A stretch of 64,000 bases of DNA from assembly GCA_963733675.1 (NCBI GenBank), contig CAVTET010000003.1, positions 256,001 to 320,000 on the forward strand. The letters run 5' to 3'. Positions 32,979 through 44,195 of this stretch are shown here, piece by piece. The notes under the pieces were generated by a model. The model was given only the letters and a program-made list of their open reading frames with translations, was not told the DNA's origin and searched no databases. How positions within the stretch are numbered: position 1 is the stretch's first letter; the number at the start of each line of letters is the position of its first letter. The DNA comes from an uncultured Methanosarcinaceae archaeon. Lineage in GTDB: Archaea > Halobacteriota > Methanosarcinia > Methanosarcinales > Methanosarcinaceae. A program made the translations under genes and the position numbers.

Positions 32979-34973
32979 TCAATATCCCTTCCAGATGTGT
33001 ACTTCAAAAGCTCTATCCCTTACTGTAAAGGCTGCAAGCATCAGGAAATTTGAAGCATCCTCTATTTTTCTTGCAAGATCACGGGCAAGAATGGCTTCTT
33101 TGAAATCGGTGCTTCTTCAAAGATTACTCTGTTTGCCTCCCTGAAGGCCTCGTCACAGGTTCTTTCCAGGTTGATAACCTATGCTGTAGACCCGAAAAAT
33201 GCTTGCATTTCGTCAGGGGTGCAGATTCGGGTACTGCACTGGTAAGCGTAAACAATTTTCAGAAATTCTCGACTGCTTTCCAGGACTATCACTGCCATCT
33301 TTTCCAAGCTTTTCAGAATCTTCCGGGATATATTAACCAGAGGGATAAGACTTACAAAAAAGACAACATCTTCAAGGGCGTCAATAATGTCATCCATATG
33401 GAAGATCAGTTTTTCAAAGAACCCAGCGTTTTCGATCCTTTTTGAAATAGTTCGGATTTTGTTTACGAACTCATCAGCCTTGCTTTCCCAGATTTTGGCT
33501 CTCTTTGAGTTCCTGAGGACAAAGTTATTGTCTCTAATATAACTTATGTGGAAAAGGGAATCGTTTACAGCCCCTGCAGTTTCCACAATTAAGGATGCAT
33601 GTTCCAAGCATATTTCCATAAGATCTTCCTCAGCGGAGTGGAAGTATCTGAGAAGCTCAGCTCTAATTTCATCCTGTATAAGAAGAAGGGGATCTCCACT
33701 AAGCAGCCCCTTTGAGGCCCTATGTAGGACCCACTGGAAATATTCAGCTTTCTACCTTCCAATTATCTGGTAGAGTGACTCACCATAGGGAAGAGGCACC
33801 CTAGAAACAAGTTCAAGAGCCCCAAAGATCAGGTGTTCTCCTCCAAGTATCAGGTACGCCCTGTGCCCGCATTCATTTTCGGCTGCCCAGCGGAGTACTT
33901 TTATGCAATCTACATTAGGAACAAATTTTTGTAGGCTTTTCCTGGCGCGGTTCCAGTCGATGAGAAAAACGATCCTGGAACCTAGAAGAGCTAGAAAGTT
34001 CTTCAGCTCTTCCCTACCCTTTGCTCTGAAGCGACCCACTGAAAGGTGGTAGAGATCGTCTTCGAACTTCTTGCCTGCAACTCTGGAGACTGTATCCTCC
34101 CAGGAAATACCAGTCCCCTCGAAAAGGCTTTGGAAAAAAAGCAGCCTCCGCAAATGAACATCGGTATAAGTAACAGATACCTCAAATCCCATAACATGGA
34201 TCACGAGCACATGGGCCTCGGTCTCTCCTATGTCATTCTGGATCACAAGCTTGCCTGAAATGCGGGTTGCAGTCGTCCAAAGCCCTGGATGGTCAAATTT
34301 CAGGGAAAAAGTCCGGTTCACGCCAGCCATGAAAGCAATTATCAGTTCTTTGTCCCCTTCTGACACCAGATAAATTTTTGCCCCGTTGAGATTTTCAACA
34401 GCAAGCTCTTCTTGTATCATTATTTAAAATCCTGTGTATGTCCATGACTAGGATGTGGAGGCTATCGTCCTTTCCCCTGTCTCCGGAAGTTAGATCCCTT
34501 ATGAAATCCCCTCTCAGAATCCCGGATTCTCTAGCCGAAATTCCTGCCTCAATTTCGACGCCTTGGCTTTTTAACTCTTTTAACCTTGCCTCAAATTCCA
34601 TCCCCTCAACCCTACCTGTAGAAAGCAGAGGTTTCAGCATTTCGTCCATGCAACCCCATATCCTGGAGAGAATTTCTTCGGCAAAAGGAACAAAGTAAGT
34701 GTTTTGCTCTTTTTTAAAGGCTTCTGGAACAACTCTATCAAATTTTGAGTTTTCTTCTCCGACATTTTCCCTCTCGGTTGTGAGGGAAGGAAACTTCAGT
34801 TGTGGATGTTCTGCTTTTTCTCTGGCGGTCTGCAGTAGAGTCAAGTAATATTTGATTCTGTCATTTGCGGTGAGAGCAAAATTCACAAGCTCGGGAAGGA
34901 GAAGTTCCTCTTCTCCGAGTTCCCAGACGATAGATTTTTTCTTCAACCATGCCACATCCCGATAGAAGCTCAT
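32979..34973 (-). pseudogene. Long protein with C-terminal PhoU/DUF47-like helical domain; two in-frame TAGs and two frameshifts
   Basis: ORFs 34395-34973, 33752-34420 and 33179-33619 join; WESKADE..MDDIIDALED..LERTCDEAFR..KIEDASN is DUF47-like; stop abuts the PPDK-like ATG. Confidence 0.75.
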
Positions 34974-35034
34974 TGCTTCAATTTTCTTTGATTATAACCA
35001 GGAAAGAGAAAAACCTAATAGCTGAGTTCTTCTA

Positions 35035-35077
35035 ATGTCAGCTAATTCAAAATTATGTCAGCTAATTCGAATTAGCT
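35035..35077. promoter_or_regulatory. Direct repeat plus palindrome upstream of the DUF47/PPDK-like operon
   Basis: ATGTCAGCTAATTC twice; palindrome AGCTAATTCGAATTAGCT; TATA-like sequence near 35085-35092. Confidence 0.5.
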
Positions 35078-35154
35078 CTATAGGATATATAAGAATTGTC
35101 CGTGAAAAAATTCAGAAGAGATATGTTTTTAAAGAGAAATAAACTGCACTGACT

Positions 35155-35235
35155 AAAAAAACTATAAGGAGAGAATACCGATCTTTAAGGTGCTGACTGA
35201 GGAAAGCACTGACTCGAGAGATCTTTCCTTATAAG
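35155..35235 (-). terminator. Long stem-loop plus T-tract after pstS
   Basis: TATAAGGA..GATCT..GTGCT/AGCAC..AGATC..TCCTTATA followed by GTTTTTTT. Confidence 0.5.
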
Positions 35236-35270
35236 AGCTGTAAAATATTTTCGGTTGAAATTTTTTAGTT

Positions 35271-36143
35271 TTACTTCTTCAGCTGGATGTACCCAACTTT
35301 ACTCACAATATTCTGCCCTTTCTGGCTCAGCATAAAGTCGCTCAATTCTTTTGTGAGTCCTGATGGTTCCCCATTCGTATAGATCTGGAGTGTTCTGGAG
35401 AGGGGGTATTCACCACTTAGAATAGTTTTCTGAGTTGGCAATACAGAGCCTTTTCCGTTATCCAGGCTTAAAACCTTTATGTCTTTATCGACGTACGCAA
35501 AGCCAATGTACCCGATTGCGTTAGGGTTTAGAGTTACTTCACTGACTATTCCGCCCGTAGTAGCTTGGGTAAGCGCATCAGGTCTGTATTCATTAAATCC
35601 AACATCTTTCTTGAAGTCTGCATAAGTTCCCGAACTACTGTCCCTAGAAATTATGGCTATTGGTTTATCTTCACCACCAACTTGCTTCCAGTTACTGATA
35701 CTCCCATCATAGATACCACGCAGCTGGTCAAAGGTAAGTTTTGAAACAGGATTCTTGGGGTTTACAATCACTGTAATACCGTCGTAAGCAATTACATGTT
35801 CTACTGGGTTGATTCCATTTGTATTGGCTTTTTTGATTTCGTCAGTTGTCATTTTTCTGGATGCGGTAGCAATGTCCACTTGCTTATCAATTAGAGCTGC
35901 AATTCCAACACCAGATCCGCCTCCGGTAACTGAGACGCTTTTTCCGGAGTTTTCTTTCAAAAATTCTTCCGCTTGAGCCTGTGCAAGAGGCAGAACTGAA
36001 TCAGAACCTTTCACAGAAATGCTCTGTGCTTGAGATGAAGTAGCTTTCTGCTCAGGAGCCGCTAAACTACATCCAATTCCCAGAACAACAAGTCCGATCG
36101 CTAGTAATATGAAGATTATACGATTTGTAAATTTTTTTGCCAT
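35271..36143 (-). CDS. pstS: Phosphate ABC transporter substrate-binding lipoprotein
   Basis: LGIGC lipobox-like site; KGSDSV, GGGSGVG, ATASR, SRDSSSGT, YPLSR. Confidence 0.92.
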   Translation of the reverse strand: MAKKFTNRIIFILLAIGLVVLGIGCSLAAPEQKATSSQAQSISVKGSDSVLPLAQAQAEEFLKENSGKSVSVTGGGSGVGIAALIDKQVDIATASRKMTTDEIKKANTNGINPVEHVIAYDGITVIVNPKNPVSKLTFDQLRGIYDGSISNWKQVGGEDKPIAIISRDSSSGTYADFKKDVGFNEYRPDALTQATTGGIVSEVTLNPNAIGYIGFAYVDKDIKVLSLDNGKGSVLPTQKTILSGEYPLSRTLQIYTNGEPSGLTKELSDFMLSQKGQNIVSKVGYIQLKK

Positions 36144-36769
36144 ATTACAGTACTCCTTTTGAAAATCTCTTAATATGTTGTCAATATATAGATATTTAAT
36201 TTATTATCTATATTATATACACTACAATATAATTATATATAAATATTCCCACTATATACAATATAGATATATATCTGTATAAAGTATTTAGTAAAAATAA
36301 AGAACACTATATATATTACATATTATATCTAATATCAAAGTTCTATTCTGAAAGACTAAATAAGAATTGGGCAGTAGGTAAAAAGTTAAAAGTTGGTAGA
36401 ATAGACACAAATGAGTATAAAGTATAAAGACAAGTGCATCAGATAACAATGTCAATTTTACTATTTTGGCAGTTTAAGGTTTAATGCTATTTATCAGTTA
36501 AAGTTGGCAGTGTCACGAATTTATAGTTAATTCAAAGTTAAATTTTAGTATACTGTATGTAATTAGATTCTTCATAAATGGAATCATCTACACACTAACT
36601 TCTTGAGATTTGTGATTTTTCTTAAAAAATTCCACGTTGCCTTGAAATTCTATTTCCTAAACATTTTAGCCAAAATTCAAGGACATTATTACCTCAATTT
36701 GAAGAAAATATATAGCTTTTACTCAAATCAGTATAACAACTAAAGAAACCAAAATGTTGCGATTTTTAT

Positions 36770-37392
36770 TTCAGTCGAATACCCCGCAGCTTGCTGCGGG
36801 GATGGAAAACTTCCCCGATAACCGTTGTTAAATAACAAATTTATATTTTTTGCTACATTTGTACTGTAAATGGAACTAAGACGTGCAAACCATTGTGTAT
36901 ATAAAATAAGATACCACATGGTTTTTTGTTTGAAGTACCATAAAAATCTTTTTTTAGGGACAGAACTCATCAACTTTTTGAAAAACGTATGCTTTGAAAT
37001 TAGTGAAATGATACTGTTTTGAGTTTGATGCAATTAGTAATGATGGTAATCATGTACATCTTTTTGTTGGAGCTGAACCAAAGTATTCTCCTTCAAAAGT
37101 CATGCAAATTATAAAAAGTATTACAGCAAGATAAATCTTTAAACAATACCCTGAAATCAAAAAACAGCTTTAGGGTGGTGAACTGTGGAGTGATGGAGGT
37201 TACATTGGAACTATAGGAGATGGAACAACTTCAGATTCTATCAAAAACTATGTTGAAAATCAGGGAAACAAGGACGAAAAAGAAGCATATCAGCAAATGA
37301 AAATACTCGATTTTTAATAGCCATTACAACCATAACGGTGGCGCGAACATACCCCTTTGCTTGCAGCGGAGTGCGCCAGCGCAACTTTGATT
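36770..37392 (+). mobile_element. tnpA: IS200-type element copy 4 (tnpA inactivated)
   Basis: TTTAT|TTCAGTCGAATACCCCGCAGCTTGCTGCGGGG left end; TAA 37132, TAG 37171; right end CAACTTTGATT. Confidence 0.92.
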
Positions 37393-37396
37393 TATT

Positions 37397-37487
37397 AGAA
37401 AATTCCGATAAACCTCTTTTTTTACGAGTTATTTATGCACTATTTATTGGCATCTAACAAAATTTTGGGTTTATCGAAATAATCCTC
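37397..37487 (+). repeat. ~90-bp MITE/REP-like element
   Basis: CGATAAACC..GGTTTATCG inverted ends; family at 41407, 45171, 45726, 48769, 49757. Confidence 0.65.
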
Positions 37488-37525
37488 AGTTTAATTGCAT
37501 TCATTTAATAAATTTTACATTTTTT

Positions 37526-38983
37526 TCATATTCCTATTATTGTGTTAATTTGTTTCATATCCAAATTCCTCTCAACAAAATTTGCGAGCTCATCGTAAGC
37601 GTCGTTTTCGGTCATAACATCTTCAGGCCTGAATTCGAGCCCTTTTATCTTATAGAGGTACTTCACAAGTGCATCTCTGATATTCTTGTTCTCAAAAAGC
37701 CCATGAATATACGTGCCAATTACCAGGCCTTCCTCGTCAATTGCACCATCGTCCCCAAATACGTTGCAGAAGGAATCGGTGATTCCCATATGGATTTCAT
37801 ATCCTTTTATTTCCTCCCCACCTATTGGAGTAAGGATCGGGCCACAGGGCTTTATTTTTTTTGTGACCTGAATCGTCTTCTTTTGATATGTTCCAAACTT
37901 TGTCACCACATCAAGAAGGCCAAGGCCTTTGACTTCTGCTTCAACCCCATTTTCAACCCCTGAATCGAAAATTGTTTTGCCCATTATCTGATACCCTCCA
38001 CATATCCCGAAAATAGGAATTTTTCCTTTAAAAGCTTTGATTTTTTCTGCCATTCCGCTTGCTTTTAAGTCGATCAGATCATTAACAGTATTTTTTGTAC
38101 CCGGGATCATGATTGCATCAGGGGTTCCGATTTCTTCGTAAAGGTTCACATAGCGAATTTGGGCTAGTTCCTCCAGGGGTTCGAAGTCAGTGAAGTTTGA
38201 TATTCTGGGCAGACGGATGACGACGATCTCTATACCCTTTTCATTTTTTGGATTTTTTTTATCCTCAAGTGAAACTGAATCTTCTGAGGGAATATGGAGC
38301 TTGAAATATGGAAGAACCCCAATCACTGGAATTCCAGTCTTCTCTTCAAGTTGTTTAAGGCCTGGCTTCAGGATTTCCAGGTCGCCTCGAAACTTATTAA
38401 TAATAAACCCTTTGATATTTTTCCGTACATCTTCAGGCAAAAGCGCAATTGTTCCATAAAGGCTTGCAAAAACGCCTCCTCTCTCTATATCGCCAACCAG
38501 TATTATTGGAGCTTGCGTAAGCCTCGCAGTGCCGATATTTACAATATCTCTTTCATACAGATTAATTTCAGCAGCTCCCCCTGCTCCTTCCATAACAATG
38601 ATGTCATATTTTACAGAAAGCCTTTCCAGAGCTGCTTCAAGGACTGCGTTCACTTCTGAGATGGAATCATAGTACTGGCCTGCACTTTTGTCAGAATAAG
38701 GCTCTCCGAGAAGAATTACCTGGGAAACAAAATCCCCTTTGGGTTTCAGGAGAACAGGATTCATATCAGCAGTTGGTTCGGAACCTGCAGCTTTTGCTTG
38801 GATTGCCTGAGCAATTCCAATTTCCTTTCCATCTTTTGTAATCCAGGAGTTTAGACTCATGTTCTGAGCCTTGAAAGGAGCAACTTTATATTTTCGTGAC
38901 AGTATCCTGCATAGGGCAGTCACTAATGAACTTTTTCCAACATGGGAGGCTGTTCCCAAGATCAAAACACTTTTCTTTTCCAT
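37526..38983 (-). CDS. cobQ: Cobyric acid synthase
   Basis: GTASHVGKS, PFKAQNMSLNS, MNPVLLKP, EGAG, ISNFTDF, GICGGYQ, GYEIH. Confidence 0.96.
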   Translation of the reverse strand: MEKKSVLILGTASHVGKSSLVTALCRILSRKYKVAPFKAQNMSLNSWITKDGKEIGIAQAIQAKAAGSEPTADMNPVLLKPKGDFVSQVILLGEPYSDKSAGQYYDSISEVNAVLEAALERLSVKYDIIVMEGAGGAAEINLYERDIVNIGTARLTQAPIILVGDIERGGVFASLYGTIALLPEDVRKNIKGFIINKFRGDLEILKPGLKQLEEKTGIPVIGVLPYFKLHIPSEDSVSLEDKKNPKNEKGIEIVVIRLPRISNFTDFEPLEELAQIRYVNLYEEIGTPDAIMIPGTKNTVNDLIDLKASGMAEKIKAFKGKIPIFGICGGYQIMGKTIFDSGVENGVEAEVKGLGLLDVVTKFGTYQKKTIQVTKKIKPCGPILTPIGGEEIKGYEIHMGITDSFCNVFGDDGAIDEEGLVIGTYIHGLFENKNIRDALVKYLYKIKGLEFRPEDVMTENDAYDELANFVERNLDMKQINTIIGI

Positions 38984-40400
38984 TTTTACCAGACCTTATG
39001 CTCTAATACGTCGTTTTTTATGTAATTAGGATTTGCAGTTGGATGCGAAATTATGAGGAATAGACTTTGTTGTAAAATCTGCATTTTAGACATTGATGGT
39101 TTTAATACTATTAATTTTTCAGTTCAACCACAAAAGTCTTAATAATTTCAAAATTTGATCACGATATTTTTTTTATGGATATTTAAATCAAGTAAAATTG
39201 TTTTTGATATTTATCCCCTTCTATTTTACCCTCTTATTCTTCAGCTAAATTAAATATTTTAAAATTCACAATAGTTACAAATTTTATCAGTTCCAAAATT
39301 ATTTCTACAAATAAGAAGAATATTATATAAATTATCTAAGGTAATAAACCGTTGGTTGTGAAACAAAAAATGACTCTAATTTTAGGATGGAAATAGCCAA
39401 TTTACAGTCTGAATCTGCTGGATTATGTAGTTTTGTTGATATAACAACTTACTTACTGAAACGAACTATGATTTTCAAAATGTTCATAATGTTTGATTTT
39501 CCGCTGTAACATCTTCTAACTGATTCTCTTGAATCTTCAATCAATGCTTCAAGTCAAAAATGTCAAAAATAAAAATTCCTCTTGAAGATAATATTTTTAA
39601 TTGCATAAAGTCCAATTACATTGAAAATATTTTTTTCTTCATTTGGGAAATAGACGATGAAGTTTTTAAGATGATATCTCATTAAGTTAAGGTAAAAAGC
39701 TCTGCTGTTGACTTACATTGTATCCATATTATGGTCGCAGATTACTTAACTTATAAATGAATTAAAATCAAAGAAGAGAACTGCTTGAGATACTAATTTT
39801 ACATTGTATAGTTTTATATATATACATATTAAAATCTCTAAGCTAACAATCGATGTTTATCAATATAAATGAGTTAGACAAAGGATTTTAGATCTTCATT
39901 CGTCTTGATCTTACCATTTTTTTTAGCTTCCTTGATGCTAAAATAGTCGATCAACTTATAGCTCACCAGGTCTAAAAACCATTGATGAGGATAAATTTCA
40001 TTTTGATAAATTTAAACTGATGTGTGGTACTATTTAAAACATATTTTTAGATCTAAAATGGAATGATTAATCTAATCAGTATCATGCACAACTGAATACA
40101 AAATTTGCTTAATATAGCTATGGAGATATAACTCAAAAGATATAGCGTAGATGAGTGATTATTCAATTTTTATTCTATACCAAAATAGGCATATTTGGTG
40201 TGCTTAAGGATAATTTCAAAAAGGTATTTTATTTTATCTATCAACTCGAATTTAGAAGAATACTATGGAAGAAAAAAATCAATATCACATTGTTTTTCCG
40301 TAAAATGGATGAATAATGTGTTGAATATTTGCTGAGTATCATTAGCAAGTTAGTGAAATACTTACTTTGATAGACTACTATGGCCAAGATCCTCCTTGAT

Positions 40401-41288
40401 TTATCCACCCTTAATTTCATTGACTTGTTCTTTAAGTTCTCTCTTAATTCCATACTTCCGTAAGAAATGGATCAGTATATTCGATATATCCCTTTCGAGG
40501 ATTTCATCAGCTTGAGGATGTTCTTGAGTGATATACTGGGGCCAATCAATGATCTGAATCCCCTCTTCGGAAACAAATATGTTAAACTCACTTAAATCGG
40601 CATGTATGATTCCCATTGAATAGATAATTTTTACCTGCTTGATAATCTCATCGAGATGCCATTCCGGATCAATAAGTTTTGTTTTTGAAAGGAGGCTACC
40701 TTTTGCAAGATCCATGACTATCAAATGCCTATTCTGATCAAAAGGTTTTGGGATTGAAACTTTAGGGTATAACCTGCTCATTATCTCATACTCTCTGTGG
40801 GCAGCAAGGCGAGCGGCATAAATACGTGAAAAGTTATCTCCTTTGCCCATGTGCTCACTAAATTTCGTTAGTTGATTGAAACCGGTTTTATTTCCCCTAT
40901 AAACTTTAATTATGACTGAAATGGATTTTTCAATTGCAAGTTTCGGCTGCCTGATTGCTTCAAAAATTACTGAATCCTTTCCAACTCCGATTTCACTTCC
41001 TATTTCACTGATACTTTTTCTCTTGACAAAGGCATTGAGGGCAAGGATGTCATATCCTTCGAAGTAAATCTGAAAACCTTCATATGATTTAGTGTTCTTG
41101 ATCACAAGCTTGTTCTTAACAAGCTTTTTTAGCCTATATTCCAACTTATCAAAGGGCAACTTGGTGTATTTATTTAATTCTTCTATTGGCACCCATTCAA
41201 AGCGTCTCATTCCTATTTCGATACCAGTTAGAATTCTTAAATTTTTTGAATCAAGCTCCTTAAAAATTCTTCGTGTTTCGTCTATCAT
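40401..41288 (-). CDS. rio2: RIO2-type atypical Ser/Thr kinase
   Basis: N-terminal wHTH (GYDILAL), GVGKDS, HADLSEFNI, IIDWPQ. Confidence 0.9.
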   Translation of the reverse strand: MIDETRRIFKELDSKNLRILTGIEIGMRRFEWVPIEELNKYTKLPFDKLEYRLKKLVKNKLVIKNTKSYEGFQIYFEGYDILALNAFVKRKSISEIGSEIGVGKDSVIFEAIRQPKLAIEKSISVIIKVYRGNKTGFNQLTKFSEHMGKGDNFSRIYAARLAAHREYEIMSRLYPKVSIPKPFDQNRHLIVMDLAKGSLLSKTKLIDPEWHLDEIIKQVKIIYSMGIIHADLSEFNIFVSEEGIQIIDWPQYITQEHPQADEILERDISNILIHFLRKYGIKRELKEQVNEIKGG

Positions 41289-41406
41289 CCTTGTATTAAT
41301 TATAATCCTTCTATTTAAATAATAACCTAGAAACCCCTAATCCAGTTCCTACTTCTATAACTTCTGAGTCGTCTACTGTTGCCTTGACGCTGTTAAATGA
41401 ACTCAT

Positions 41407-41475
41407 GAGGATTTCGATGAATCCCTAAATTATATGAAATGACTCGCGAAAATCAAGGGCTTCTCGAGATCCTAT
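41407..41475 (-). repeat. MITE/REP-like element, internally shortened
   Basis: GAGGATTTCGATGAATCCCTAAATT identical to 45172-45196; other end CTCGAGATCCT. Confidence 0.75.
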
Positions 41476-41547
41476 AGAATTAATTTGAGTGACAATGGAT
41501 TGTTTTTACATTGTATGAGGCATTCAAAAAAAAGATTATAATAGACT

Positions 41548-42378
41548 TTACTCGTAGTAAATATTCCTGAGCAGAAGCCCATCTTCTTCGAGATTAGGAC
41601 TTTCACATATTGCCATTCCTGTAATTTTGAACTCTTTTATAGCGACTAAAAGTTCTGGGTAATTAAAGTCAGATTCTTTTAAAGTCAGATGCTTCTTTTC
41701 TCCGTTCCTGTTGTATTCTATTCCCGATATGTGCATATGCATGTTTAAAAGACCTTCTTTCCCAAGGGATTCTTCTACTTTCGCTAGTATTGCAATAAAC
41801 TCAGAGTAGGAATTTTGTCTCCCTTCCCTTGCATGCATATGAGAAAAGTCTAGACAAGGCATTATCCCTTCTATTTCTGAACTCAGGGAAAGTACCTCTT
41901 CAAGAGTCCCAAATTGAGTACGTTTGCCCATGGTTTCAGGGCGCAGGACTACAGAAATTCCTTCGTCCAGGAGTTGTTGTGTAATTTTTTGCAGAGCTTT
42001 TGATACCATATCGTAGGCTTCTTGGTTGCTGCTCTTTTGATAAAAAGCCGCATGTAAAACAATGGACTCAGCCCCGCAGAGGCTACCTATCCTGGCGGCT
42101 TGGTAAATTCTCTCTAAGCTCGCCTTGAGTTTTTTTTCTTCTAAAGAATTCAGGTTGACATAATAAGGTGCGTGGACACTGAGGAATACATTTTCTTTAT
42201 TTCCAGCCTCATGAACATTTTTTGCTCCTTTTTCGCTCATGCGAACTCCCTGGACGAACTCAAGTTCCATGCAGTCAAGGCCAAGTTCACGAACTCTTTC
42301 AATCCCTGAGATACTGTTTTTTCCTTTTGTACTTCTTGGAACTCCAGCAGTTCCGAAAAGCAGTTTTTTCGGGGGCAT
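41548..42378 (-). CDS. nfo: Endonuclease IV-like AP endonuclease (TIM barrel)
   Basis: HAPYYVNL, ETMGK..QFG, DFSHMH, HMHISG, HL, ESP. Confidence 0.85.
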   Translation of the reverse strand: MPPKKLLFGTAGVPRSTKGKNSISGIERVRELGLDCMELEFVQGVRMSEKGAKNVHEAGNKENVFLSVHAPYYVNLNSLEEKKLKASLERIYQAARIGSLCGAESIVLHAAFYQKSSNQEAYDMVSKALQKITQQLLDEGISVVLRPETMGKRTQFGTLEEVLSLSSEIEGIMPCLDFSHMHAREGRQNSYSEFIAILAKVEESLGKEGLLNMHMHISGIEYNRNGEKKHLTLKESDFNYPELLVAIKEFKITGMAICESPNLEEDGLLLRNIYYE

Positions 42379-42390
42379 TTTATATCCTTT

Positions 42391-42726
42391 TCAGTGAGTT
42401 TCCACAAAGTCTTTTAACTGCTTTGTTCTCTCAGGAGATAGCTTTTCAAAAATTACTGCAACCAGCTCTTCAAGGTCTTCATCCACCATAGACTGGACGT
42501 CCTCCTTTCCTTCTAGTATCAGGCCTACAAGATAATCGAGTTCTTCAGGGTTCAGTCTCCTTAACCTTTCCCTGAAATCTTCAGGAGACTCGGCAAATTT
42601 GTGTGAAATTGGACGCAGGATGAAAGGGAACTGATGTCCTGCTTCTTTGGAAATGAGTTTATTCCCGGCTTCTGGAGCAAGCTTGTTAAAAATCTCAATA
42701 TCTTTTGTTGTAAATTCTCTTGGCAT
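42391..42726 (-). CDS. Hypothetical protein, probably co-transcribed with the nfo-like gene
   Basis: Intact ORF, same strand, 12 bp upstream of the nfo-like start. Confidence 0.75.
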   Translation of the reverse strand: MPREFTTKDIEIFNKLAPEAGNKLISKEAGHQFPFILRPISHKFAESPEDFRERLRRLNPEELDYLVGLILEGKEDVQSMVDEDLEELVAVIFEKLSPERTKQLKDFVETH

Positions 42727-42989
42727 ATTTTCACTTTATATTTCTTCCCTGATTTATAGATGTTTAAAAGTAAAACAATTCTGAGTTATTCCAGTCGATA
42801 TCCTGCAGCTTGTTACGGGGATGTAAATTTCTCCAAGAGATTTTGTTAACTACTGATTTATATTTTATAGTTGATGTAGGAGAAACAGAATCGTGAATAA
42901 CTTGCATACGGCCTGATTTCTTCAACCTTGGAGGAAATATCAGCATACTATGGTTACTAAATATTTCTTGGAAATCCATAAAGAAACTC

Positions 42990-43970
42990 CCAAAGATACT
43001 GTTATCAAGAAGATGCAACTAACTTATGCTAAAGCATGGAATACCTATAATGAAACTCAAAAAGCAGAAGTCAAGTTATTTGTTGAGCTCATGAAAGACT
43101 AAGCTGAGGCAATACCTGAACCTAAGCAAATTATTGGAAGGTTGCATCTGTCAATCCACAGATCACTGTTTATGTACCATTCATAAGGTCTACTCTTAGT
43201 TATCAAGTCGCTCGAATGTAGCCTCTCTCAATGCAACCGAGAGAGGACAGATAGAACATACGCTGCATCTCATATACCCTTAAAGTTCTTCAACAATCCA
43301 AAAATTACACCAATTCTACACAAATTGATTTTCTTATCTGCATTTCCTGTTGCTGGATTGGAAATTTATTTCGCAGTAGAATATACTTGATTTAGAACTA
43401 CTATATTCAGAGCATACAATGGGATGAAGCACGGCCAGAGTAAAGAGTATCAGTGGTTGAAGGCTCATATGTTTGTAGGTGTAAATACTAACATAGTAGC
43501 AGCTATTACAATACCCAATGGAATAGCAGCGGCTTCACAGTTCAGGCCATTGATTCTACAGATATCAGAGGGCTTCACAATCATGAAGTTTCTCTGACCT
43601 AGCTGACTTATCTCGCAACAATCTTGAAATGGTAAACAGTATTGGAGGAAAACCTCACATGCCATTTAAGAAAAAAGCTACTAAAAGGACGGCAGGTTCA
43701 GCTATGGAAAAAGCTGTATCATTACTTCCAGCTTAACAGAGATTAATTCATGGAGCATTACCATAAGAGAAGCAGCCTTGAATCTATAAACTCAGCCCTG
43801 AAGAGGAAGTTTGGAGAGACTTTGAGGTATAAGAATTGCATTGCTTAGGTAAATGAACTGTTGGCAAAAATATTAGCTATAATTTAACCGTAGCAATTAA
43901 TGAGATTTCTGAGAATAGGATTAATTCAGAGTTTTTGAATGAAAAGTCAGAAAAAGCTGTAATTGTATAA
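42990..43970 (+). mobile_element. Decayed DDE (IS4/IS5-like) transposase
   Basis: AWNTYNETQKAEVKLFVELMKD, WLKAHMFVGVNTNIVAA, FMEHYHKRSSLES.NSALKRKFGETLR..NELLAKI with many stops. Confidence 0.75.
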
Positions 43971-44195
43971 AGTTTAAGCTTTGAGTTAAAAGACTTAAGT
44001 TTTCAATATTTTTTATTACTTTATTGTTCTTATTTTGTGAAAATTAGACGGTATACATTTATGTGGTTACAGTTGTTGTTTTCTGTCAATAATTTAAACA
44101 TCTGAAAACTGTCTAAATTTATTCAGTGAATCTTCAAATATCATTTTTAAGTCTGATCAACATAAATTTTCAAGATTTAAATGAATTGAAATTTT

